Source: Chloroflexota bacterium (GTDB lineage Bacteria > Chloroflexota > Anaerolineae > Anaerolineales > Anaerolineaceae). Taken from it: DNA of 46,425 nucleotides. Shown one piece after another: positions 25,769 through 33,800 of the stretch (the first letter of the stretch is position 1; the number at the start of each line of letters is the position of its first letter). The stretch is from NCBI GenBank assembly GCA_019136215.1, contig JAGVUP010000179.1, positions 1 through 46,425 on the forward strand. The letters run 5' to 3'. Made by a program: the position numbers and the translations under genes. The notes under the pieces are model-generated. The model searched no databases. It had not been told where the DNA came from and saw nothing but the letters and a program-made list of their open reading frames with translations.

Positions 25769-26619
25769 CTACTTCTGTGCCAATTCTGCAGCCAGCGCCG
25801 TGGCAATTTGCGCCCCCACCAGGGCGTTGTTGTACACCAGTTCGAGATTGGCTTCCAGGCTTTTGCCTTCCGTTCTTTTAGTGATTTCGCTGAGCAAAAA
25901 CGGCGTAATATTCTTGCCTGTTACACCCTGCTCCTGCGCAGCCTGGACTGCCTGCTCGATGACATGATCGATAAACTCATGGTCCAGGGAATACTCTTCA
26001 GGGATCGGGTTGACGACCAACAGCCCGCAACCCATTTTAAGCTGAGCTTTGGCAATGATCATCTTGGCGATTTCCTCCGGAGAGTCAGCCCTTTCAACCA
26101 GTTTGATGTCACTCGTCGCCGTGAAAAAGGCAGGAAGCACATCCGTTTTATAGCCGACAACGGGAACGCCCTTGGTCTCCAGGTATTCCATCGTGCGGGG
26201 AAGATCAAGAATGGCTTTGGCGCCCGCGCAGACCACGGTAACATCCGTCCGAGCGAGTTCCTCCAGGTCAGCAGAGACATCCATGGTCTCTTCATAGCCG
26301 CGATGAACCCCGCCAATCCCACCGGTGACAAAAACCTTGATGCCTGCCAGATGAGCCGCGTACATGGTGGTGGCTACCGTGGTCGCGCCCAGTTGCTTGC
26401 GCGCAATGATGCCCGGGAAATCACGCATGGAGACCTTTGCCACGTTCCCTGATCTGGCAAACGTTTCCAGTTCCTGATCTGACAGCCCGATTTTTATCTT
26501 GCCGTCCATGATGGCGACAGTGGCTGGCACTGCTTTGATTCGAGCGCGACCACTGCGCTGCCTGCCTCCAGCGCTGCCTTTACCGCAGGCTGAATATCCA
26601 AAATTTGATTCTTTTCCAT
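25769..26619 (-). pseudogene. psuG: Pseudouridine-5'-phosphate glycosidase PsuG, disrupted by an internal out-of-frame deletion
   Basis: The 253-aa ORF (25769..26530) matches PsuG from ...VPATVAIMDGKIKIGLS onward, including GGIGGVHRG and VVCAGAKAILD. The genuine N-terminus MEKNQILDIQPAVKAALEAGSAVVALES starts at ATG 26619, which has a GGAG RBS, but it is in another frame. The conserved ~27 aa ([12 protein letters not shown]...) between these two parts are missing. Confidence 0.75.
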
Positions 26620-26646
26620 TCCTATCTCCTATCTTTCTTTATAAAT

Positions 26647-27627
26647 CTATGTATTCGAGGTTTGAGAGGGCGAACAAAACATGGATACTGCTCCACGATG
26701 TTGAACCACCTCACCAGCCAGGTCATTGCCGGATTTCAACCAATTAGGCGGGGCTTCATTGCGCAGGAAGGACGCCAGAAAACCAGCGTTAAAGGAATCT
26801 CCCGCGCCGGTGGTATCCACGGCTTGTGCGGCAGCCTGAAAACTGAGGTTTTCGGATACCTTTTGACCATCCACCAGCTCAAAACCCGCCCGGATCGTCA
26901 TCCAGGATCCCTTGGGACCCAGCTTGACGGCAACACATTTAGACAAAACGCTTGCTTTTTCCAAGGCCGCTGATGGATCTTCTTCCCCTGTCAGTATGGC
27001 TAATTCACGGAGATTAGGCAGCAAAAGGTCCGTGAGCCCAAGCATCTTTACGCGGATTTCTGCAGGCACATCCCCGATCAGCGGGGAGGGATCAAGCGCC
27101 ACCAGATTACCTTCCGCTTTTACGCGTTCAACGATGGAAAGCACAACCCCCGCCTGCTCCGGATAGAGCAGTTGATAACCGGAAGTAAGAAGCATCCGTG
27201 ATGATTTTATGCTTTCGACAAGCTTCGTATCGATTGAGAGGGCGCTGGAGGACGCGCCGCGAAATGAAAACATTGTCCGCTCTGAGAACTGATCGATCAT
27301 GGTGATGGTGAAGCCCGTGATCTCACCGTACTGCACACCGGAAGCGTCCACACCAACAGACTGCATCTGTGAGATGACCATGTCGCCATCACGATCCCGC
27401 CCGATCTTCCCGTAAAACTTTGTTGGGACTCCCAAATAAGCCAAAGCGATCGCGGTATTCGCGGCTGAACCACCAACATTCTTCGAGATGGAACGAATGA
27501 TGGTATCTTCGCCCACCTTAGGCATCTGGTCAATCCAGTACTGAAAATCAATTAACGCATCACCTATTACTAACACCTGGCCTACTCGTCGATCGAGGTC
27601 CGATAAGCTCTCACTCCCAGGGCTCAC
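26647..27627 (-). CDS. PfkB-family carbohydrate/nucleoside kinase (pseudouridine kinase- or ribokinase-like)
   Basis: The protein is 326 aa. It has an N-terminal GDALIDF...GGSAANTAIALAYLG and the C-terminal PfkB signature DTTGAGDSFNAGF. It lies directly upstream of psuG. Confidence 0.8.
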   Translation of the reverse strand: MSPGSESLSDLDRRVGQVLVIGDALIDFQYWIDQMPKVGEDTIIRSISKNVGGSAANTAIALAYLGVPTKFYGKIGRDRDGDMVISQMQSVGVDASGVQYGEITGFTITMIDQFSERTMFSFRGASSSALSIDTKLVESIKSSRMLLTSGYQLLYPEQAGVVLSIVERVKAEGNLVALDPSPLIGDVPAEIRVKMLGLTDLLLPNLRELAILTGEEDPSAALEKASVLSKCVAVKLGPKGSWMTIRAGFELVDGQKVSENLSFQAAAQAVDTTGAGDSFNAGFLASFLRNEAPPNWLKSGNDLAGEVVQHRGAVSMFCSPSQTSNT

Positions 27628-27639
27628 ACTTCCTCTTTT

Positions 27640-28515
27640 CTAGCATGGACTGATATCTGTGTCATTTAACAATGGGCTCCAATATGGCTGCTTTGCTACT
27701 TTCTTTTCTTCATCGTGTTTTGCCAAGAGGAAGATACCTTCCAAAGTAACCAAGATCGCGTTATCAATACCTTCGGAGACACCTAATTTCTGAGTAACAG
27801 AGCTATTACAGACCACATTCACAGCACCGCCCCTAACCCCAAAAATTTGAGATAATGTAAGAATGACTGCAGATTCCCTTTCCACATTTAGAACCCTTGC
27901 ATTAGCCCAATACTCAACTATCCGATCTTGTGGCATGGGAAGGTAGCCCATTATTGATCGACCTTGTCCACTATAAATAGAGTCATTTGCTCTAGTAATA
28001 CCTACATGATGGATAATATTCATTCTTTGGCAAGCTTCGACCATAGATAACACAACTTCATAACTTGCTACCGCAGGATATTGGGATGCAATGTACTCTT
28101 TGGTCAAACCTTCATCTCGAACAACACCACTTGATATGACAATATCACCGACGCCGATCTCTTTTTGCTGAGTTCCTGATGTGCCTAGTCTGATAAAGGT
28201 ATCAACATCGGTATAGTTTAATAAATCCATGATAGCAATTTCAGTATCGGCGCCACCACTTCCGGTAGAGCAAATGATCAGATCAACCCCTTTATAATTA
28301 CCACTTAGTAATGTAAACATTGGGTTTCTTGCAATCTCGGTCACATCTTTCAATGACCGTGCAATAACATCAGCCGCATCTTCAGAAAAACCCAACGGGT
28401 CATTTACCGCTAAGATAGCAAAGCGACCATATCTATCACCCTTTTTTAAACCTGTTAATTGGGCAACTCCGTCTAACTCAAATAACGGGGGCTCAAAAAG
28501 CCTATTCTTTTCCAT
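27640..28515 (-). CDS. Nucleoside phosphorylase, PNP/UDP family (uridine phosphorylase-like)
   Basis: The protein is 291 aa. LIICSTGSGG...RLGTSGTQQKEIGVGDIVISSGVVRDEGLTKEY...NVERESAVILTL parallels the Udp/PNP-1 motif order. It is the first (3'-most) gene of the low-GC block. Confidence 0.7.
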   Translation of the reverse strand: MEKNRLFEPPLFELDGVAQLTGLKKGDRYGRFAILAVNDPLGFSEDAADVIARSLKDVTEIARNPMFTLLSGNYKGVDLIICSTGSGGADTEIAIMDLLNYTDVDTFIRLGTSGTQQKEIGVGDIVISSGVVRDEGLTKEYIASQYPAVASYEVVLSMVEACQRMNIIHHVGITRANDSIYSGQGRSIMGYLPMPQDRIVEYWANARVLNVERESAVILTLSQIFGVRGGAVNVVCNSSVTQKLGVSEGIDNAILVTLEGIFLLAKHDEEKKVAKQPYWSPLLNDTDISPC

Positions 28516-28573
28516 ATTTCACTTTTCCTTTCTCATAGAATCCTTCATAAAACAATGGCGAATATCGTAAACA

Positions 28574-29524
28574 CTACGATTTATTCTTATTTCTGACTAC
28601 ATCTAATCCCACAGCTCCAATCAATATTAATCCAAGCGCGACTTTCTGCCAAGATGCGTTGACCTCCATTAAGTTGAGTCCATTATTTATCAATCCCATT
28701 ATCAAAGCACCTGCAATTGTATTAGTTACTTTTTTCCCGCTGGCATTTCCTATGAATACTGCAGCAAGGGCTTGGAGAGATAAATCAGAGCCTGATGATG
28801 GTTGGCCAGAGGAGAGCCTAGAGGCAAGAACTATTCCCCCCAAGGCACTTGCTAAGCCAGCAAATGCGAAAATAAGGACTCTTGTTTTTGCTACATTTAT
28901 CCCAGACAGTCTAGCCGCATTTTCATTTTCGCCTATAGCTAACGTGTATCTTCCAAACGGGAGAAACTTTATCATAAACCATGTTACTATCAATACAACA
29001 GTTGTGATTAACACTGGAACAGGGATAAAACCTAAATAACCGCGCCCAAGTACTAAGAAAGATTCTGGTAAACCAGATATAGGTTGGCTATTTGTCAATA
29101 ACAAAACAGCCCCACTTAAACTATACATCATCCCTAAAGTTGTAATAAACGATGGTACTTTGAGGAAGGCAACAGCGACACCCATTATTATGCCGATAAG
29201 GAAACCAACCATTAATGCGATAAGGATTGCCACAATCGGTGAAATACCTCTTACCATCAACATAGCACAAAAACATCCTATCAATGCTGCTAGGGATCCT
29301 TGGCTAAGATCTATTTCGCCACTCATAACTACGAGAGTCGCGCCTAATGCAATAATTCCATTTACGCTTATTTGCCTGACAATGTTTAACAGGTTAGAAC
29401 CTGTCAGAAAATTATCACTTAGCAAAGAAAGTAAGATGAACAGAACGATAAAGATTAACCAAACTCCAAGGGAATCCCATAGTTTTCTTATCAGCGTTTT
29501 ATACTTTAAAGTTTTTGTGCCCAT
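28574..29524 (-). CDS. Ribose-type ABC transporter permease (RbsC-like)
   Basis: The protein is 316 aa and hydrophobic. GRYTLAIGENENAARLSGINV is the conserved loop of this permease family. Confidence 0.85.
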   Translation of the reverse strand: MGTKTLKYKTLIRKLWDSLGVWLIFIVLFILLSLLSDNFLTGSNLLNIVRQISVNGIIALGATLVVMSGEIDLSQGSLAALIGCFCAMLMVRGISPIVAILIALMVGFLIGIIMGVAVAFLKVPSFITTLGMMYSLSGAVLLLTNSQPISGLPESFLVLGRGYLGFIPVPVLITTVVLIVTWFMIKFLPFGRYTLAIGENENAARLSGINVAKTRVLIFAFAGLASALGGIVLASRLSSGQPSSGSDLSLQALAAVFIGNASGKKVTNTIAGALIMGLINNGLNLMEVNASWQKVALGLILIGAVGLDVVRNKNKS

Positions 29525-29527
29525 TTA

Positions 29528-31048
29528 TCAGAAACCTCCAATTGCATGTGTCAAAATAGTAGCTTGCGAGAAACTTTCCTTTGTAAGGAAGGCAGCAATT
29601 TTTCCTTCTCTCATCACCGCAATTCTGTCACTAATACCCATTACTTCCTCAAGTTCTGAAGAAACAACAATAATTGACTTTCCTTGTTTCGCAAGTTCGC
29701 CGATTAATGAGTAGATTTCGTACTTTGCTCCTACATCAATACCTCTTGTCGGTTCATCAAAAATGACAATCTCAGCATTTGATAGCAGCCACTTCGCAAG
29801 AACTGTCTTCTGTTGGTTACCACCACTCAGAAGAGCGACTTTACGCTCAATGGATGGGGTAACAATTTTTAGGAGTTCAATATATTTTTGAACAGCTTCT
29901 TTTTCGGATTTCAGTTTAAGGATACCGAATTTACAGAATTGCCATAAAGATACCAAAGATGTATTGATACGAACCGATTCGTTAAGAAGTAATCCATCAA
30001 CTTTTCGTTCCTCAGTAATATATGCTATCTTATTTTCTACGGCATCTCTAGGACAATTAACTTGAATCTCTTTTCCATCAATATAGATTTTGCCATTTTT
30101 TTTCTTATCTGCACCAAAAATAAGCCTCATTGTTTCTGTTCTACCAGAACCGACTAAACCTGCAAAACCTAATATTTCTCCTTTGTGAACTTTAAATGAT
30201 ACATTATCGATGAAGTAACCATCTGAAATACTTTCCACGCTGATGCGCACATCGCCAATTGAGGAGCTCCTGATAGGATACTGGTTTTGGAGTTTTCTAC
30301 CTATCATATACTGAATTAAATCTTGTCTGGAGAGACTTTTGATATCCGAGGTCTTGATCAAGTTACCATCCCGAAATACGGTAACGCGGTCACAGAGCTC
30401 ATAAACTTCATCAAGTTTATGGGATATGTAAATAATTGATACTCCTTGTCTTTTTAATTCGCGTATGATCTTAAACAGCAGAGCTACTTCCTGCTTGGTT
30501 AAAGATGATGTGGGTTCATCCATTATTACAACTTTTGCATCCATGCTAACAGCTCTCGCAATTTCAATTAACTGTCTTTGAGCGATGCTTAATGAATAAA
30601 CCGGAGAGTAAGCATCAATGTTTATTTCCAACTTACGCAACAACATTTCCGCTTCTTTGTAAATCAGATTCCAATTGATTAACCCAAACCGTTTTTTGTA
30701 TCGACCAATAAATATATTCTCTGCAACTGAGAGTCTATTAAGCTGGCTCAATTCTTGATAAACAATCGCGATGCCTTTTTCCCTTGCTTCCTTCGGTGTC
30801 TTTATCTCGACAACCTCATTTTCAATAAATATTTGTCCGCTGTCTTTTTTATAGGCACCAGACAATATTTTCATCAAAGTAGATTTACCAGCACCATTTT
30901 CTCCAACAAGCGCATGGATTTCCCCTCGCTGAATTTGGAGACTAACGTTATTCAAGGCTTTCACTCCAGGGAATGATTTAGAAACCCCAACAACTTCCAA
31001 GACTATGTCATTCAGTTCATGTTCCTCTGATTTCATCCTAAATCTCAA
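29528..31048 (-). CDS. Ribose/nucleoside-type ABC transporter ATP-binding protein with duplicated NBD (RbsA-like)
   Basis: The protein is 506 aa. Motifs: Walker A GENGAGKST, Walker B VVIMDEPTS, and in the second half LSGGNQQKTVLAKWL plus IVIFDEPTRGIDV. Confidence 0.9.
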   Translation of the reverse strand: MRFRMKSEEHELNDIVLEVVGVSKSFPGVKALNNVSLQIQRGEIHALVGENGAGKSTLMKILSGAYKKDSGQIFIENEVVEIKTPKEAREKGIAIVYQELSQLNRLSVAENIFIGRYKKRFGLINWNLIYKEAEMLLRKLEINIDAYSPVYSLSIAQRQLIEIARAVSMDAKVVIMDEPTSSLTKQEVALLFKIIRELKRQGVSIIYISHKLDEVYELCDRVTVFRDGNLIKTSDIKSLSRQDLIQYMIGRKLQNQYPIRSSSIGDVRISVESISDGYFIDNVSFKVHKGEILGFAGLVGSGRTETMRLIFGADKKKNGKIYIDGKEIQVNCPRDAVENKIAYITEERKVDGLLLNESVRINTSLVSLWQFCKFGILKLKSEKEAVQKYIELLKIVTPSIERKVALLSGGNQQKTVLAKWLLSNAEIVIFDEPTRGIDVGAKYEIYSLIGELAKQGKSIIVVSSELEEVMGISDRIAVMREGKIAAFLTKESFSQATILTHAIGGF

Positions 31049-31057
31049 TTCTTAAAA

Positions 31058-31089
31058 GACCAAACAGAGATACTAATCTCTGTTTGGTC
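31058..31089 (-). other. Perfect 14-bp-stem intercistronic hairpin between the binding-protein and ATPase genes
   Basis: The sequence is GACCAAACAGAGAT-ACTA-ATCTCTGTTTGGTC. It lies 9 nt after the binding-protein stop. Confidence 0.6.
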
Positions 31090-31097
31090 GGAAGGAT

Positions 31098-32093
31098 TTA
31101 TTTGCTCAATATTTCCTCTGAAGAAAAGGTTCCATTGATTGTATACAATACCGCTTGGAATGCAGTCTGCTTTTCAAATGTTGCACCCTCATAAAGAAAG
31201 GCTTCAATATTTTTAATCGTTTCTTCAGCCATTCCTTTTGGAAGTTGCATAATTGTCGCAATATACTGGGTACCCTCATCAATTAATTTTTGCTCATCTA
31301 ACTCACCGTCAAAACCAATAATCCTTACCTCGGTTCGTTTAGCTGCAACTATGCTATCGTAACAACCTAATCCTGCTTGAGCATTAGCACCAAAAACCAG
31401 ATCTATTTCATCGTAGGTGGTAATTGCATCTTCACAAGAAGACATGTATGACTCCCTAGAGTCACCCATAACTTCGTTCAATTTTTCTACTTGAAGTCCA
31501 CCTTCTTCCAGGCCTTTTAAGAAACCATCGACTCGGTCTCTTCCAACAGATGTGCTAGTCGTCAGTGACAAGAGTTTTACAGTTTGTTTGCCCTGAGCGA
31601 GGAATTCTTTTGCTGCCCAATATCCACCTAAGAAACCTGCGTCAAAATTTTCCGTTCCAATGTTAGTAACATAATCGCCATCTGGGGGAAGCGATCCGGT
31701 ATCTATGAGAAATACTGGTATGTTTTCCTTTTTAGCCTGTTCAAACACCTCGGAAAGAGAGTCCCCATACCAACTTGCAATTACAAGAACATCTATATCC
31801 TTTTGAAGCAGATCGAGGCAATCATTAATCGTCTTTTGAACATCCATTCCCGCTTCTGTATAAATAAGTGACCAACCTTTTTCCACTGTCGCTGATTTCA
31901 TTCCCTCTAGCATCTGAACATAATAGGGGAATGTTTGGGTAATTAACGAAAACCCAATTGTCAGCTTTCTTTCTCCATCTGATGGGGCAGATTGTTCGGG
32001 TAACTGGGTTTCAACTTGTTTCGGGGTGCTACAAGCGCTCAATATACTGAGAATCAGCATAAATAGCACAAAAATAGAAAATGTTTTTTTCAT
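31098..32093 (-). CDS. Sugar/nucleoside ABC substrate-binding lipoprotein (RbsB-like type I PBP)
   Basis: The protein is 331 aa with lipoprotein signal MKKTFSIFVLFMLILSILSAC. Peripla_BP_4-like features are present (KLTIGFSLITQTFPYY...DVLVIAS...). Confidence 0.8.
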   Translation of the reverse strand: MKKTFSIFVLFMLILSILSACSTPKQVETQLPEQSAPSDGERKLTIGFSLITQTFPYYVQMLEGMKSATVEKGWSLIYTEAGMDVQKTINDCLDLLQKDIDVLVIASWYGDSLSEVFEQAKKENIPVFLIDTGSLPPDGDYVTNIGTENFDAGFLGGYWAAKEFLAQGKQTVKLLSLTTSTSVGRDRVDGFLKGLEEGGLQVEKLNEVMGDSRESYMSSCEDAITTYDEIDLVFGANAQAGLGCYDSIVAAKRTEVRIIGFDGELDEQKLIDEGTQYIATIMQLPKGMAEETIKNIEAFLYEGATFEKQTAFQAVLYTINGTFSSEEILSK

Positions 32094-32198
32094 ATCAACT
32101 CCTCTTTTACTGTGTTTCTCTTCTACGTTCCATTCTTTATGGTAACTATCGTGTTCTTCTATCTGATCATCTGCCTCCTTACCATTCTTCCATATTAT

Positions 32199-33317
32199 TT
32201 AGATTGATACATTACCGAAACGATCCTTAGCAAACCTTAAGATATATTCTTGTATCTTCATTACACTTAAGCTCTCATTCACCGCATTATTACTCTCAAA
32301 ACAAATACTAGCTGCAGCAACTCCAGCCAGAGCTGCATCAGTAAGGTCAAAATCATTAACATAAGCCCAGACCAATGCGGCCATGAAACTATCGTGCTCA
32401 CCTGTACGGTTGACAACATGGGTGGGAAAGTAATCTAGAAAGATTTGTTCTTCTTGACTGCGAACATAGACTGAATTGTCTAAGGTGACAAATAAACGTT
32501 TCATCCCAAAGGCAAGCAACTGGTCCCCTGCTTGTTTCAAGTCTTGTCTAGTCTGAATAGGCATTTTTAGCAACACTTCAAGTTCAGCCCGAGTTGTTTT
32601 CAATGTATGAATTCTTGAAAGAATTTTTGAAAGTCTCCCTGCTTTTGCTACTGATATGGTTTCTGCGAATATTGGAACCTTACAAATTTTCGCAAGTTCC
32701 TCTAAACTAGATTCGCACAAATTCGTTTCAGTGACACACACCTTAGCTTGATTTATTGTTCGTTCACGAGAAGAGATAAACTCAGGAGTTAAACGATCAA
32801 ACATCTCTATTGCAGAAATTCCCAAATAAACCTTACCTTCTGGTGTAAGAATCGATAGAAAAGTAGGAGTAGTTCCATTTTGTATCGTAATCGATTCTGT
32901 AATATCAATGTTCAATGCATGACAGTTATCTTTTATCTTTGTCGCATAGACGTCCTCACCAAGAGCACTTATTAACCTAACGTCGAGACCCAATAATTTC
33001 ATATTTACAGCTTGATTTCTCCCCACCCCACCTAGTGCTGTTTCGACGGCACCTGGTGTCGACTCACCTTTTAATAAAGGTGCTCTTGGAGTTCCGATTA
33101 TGTCCACAAAAGCAGCGCCAATTACACAAATGTAAGGTTGCTCTTGTAAAACATATCCTTTTCCTACAATCACTCCTTTTTTCATCAAGTTGGAGACGTG
33201 TACTGAGACTGAAGAGCGAGATATCCCCGCTAATGAAGCCAGTTCTTCTTGGGAGATCAACGGATTCTCCTTAATCCAATTTAAAATTTGAAATTCCCTG
33301 TCTGTGATTCTCGCCAT
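32199..33317 (-). CDS. Fusion of a winged-helix (MarR-like) DNA-binding domain and a PfkB-family kinase (pseudouridine-kinase-like)
   Basis: From the ATG at 33317 the protein starts MARITDREFQILNWIKENPLISQEELASLAGISRSSVSVHVSNLMKKGVIVGKGY, a wHTH. A PfkB body follows (VIGAAFVDIIG...GGVGRNQA...NRTGEHDSFMAALV). The ORF track's start at 33419 adds 34 AT-rich codons. Confidence 0.75.
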   Translation of the reverse strand: MARITDREFQILNWIKENPLISQEELASLAGISRSSVSVHVSNLMKKGVIVGKGYVLQEQPYICVIGAAFVDIIGTPRAPLLKGESTPGAVETALGGVGRNQAVNMKLLGLDVRLISALGEDVYATKIKDNCHALNIDITESITIQNGTTPTFLSILTPEGKVYLGISAIEMFDRLTPEFISSRERTINQAKVCVTETNLCESSLEELAKICKVPIFAETISVAKAGRLSKILSRIHTLKTTRAELEVLLKMPIQTRQDLKQAGDQLLAFGMKRLFVTLDNSVYVRSQEEQIFLDYFPTHVVNRTGEHDSFMAALVWAYVNDFDLTDAALAGVAAASICFESNNAVNESLSVMKIQEYILRFAKDRFGNVSI

Positions 33318-33660
33318 GAATAAGCCTTTACTTATTACGGTAATCTTTTGCTTACGCGAAATATAGTATAAATAAGAATTACTGTCAAGGGTATTTAGCA
33401 ACAGTGTATTTAGCATCAATTTTTTAGATTAGAAATATAAACTGCGTTTAAAGAAAAACCATTTTTAAATATGGGGCTATTTCAAATAGCAAAGTTAGCT
33501 GTCTCTAACATGTTAACGATCAAATTAAGGGTAATAACGACACTAATAAGGATAGGTAAACAAGATCGTTATGCGCGTTCCCCTTACACAGACTCACTAA
33601 AAAGCAGCGTTTCTAAACAGGGAGGATGGGAAGAGAGTTTGTTTCATCAAAGAATCAGAG

Positions 33661-33732
33661 TCGGTCCAGAAGGATTCGAACATTCAACCAAGCGGTTATG
33701 AGCCGCCTGCTCCGCCATTGAGCTATAGGTCC
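33661..33732 (-). pseudogene. tRNA-Met(CAU)-like copy with mismatched acceptor and T stems (probable pseudo-tRNA)
   Basis: It matches the 25.5-kb copy at 66 of 72 positions once the duplication is removed. The 5' acceptor GGACCTA faces the 3' strand TGGACCG, giving only about 4 of 7 pairs. The T stem GAATG/CCTTC has one mismatch. The D and anticodon arms are intact. Confidence 0.5.
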
Positions 33733-33800
33733 TTAAGGAGGTAATTTCTACCATAAGGGCACACAAAAGAACGTGTGCCCTTTTCCATTTGCTTGTTCTA

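Noticed and set aside
25545-33732. Interpreting the two tRNA copies as the attL/attR of a classical integrase-mobilised genomic island.
   Set aside because: There is no integrase, excisionase or other mobility gene between them. Both repeats contain a full-length tRNA rather than a 3' fragment. The acceptor sequence of one copy does not complement the other. The low-GC block occupies only part of the interval. The observation is reported without the island-mobility claim.
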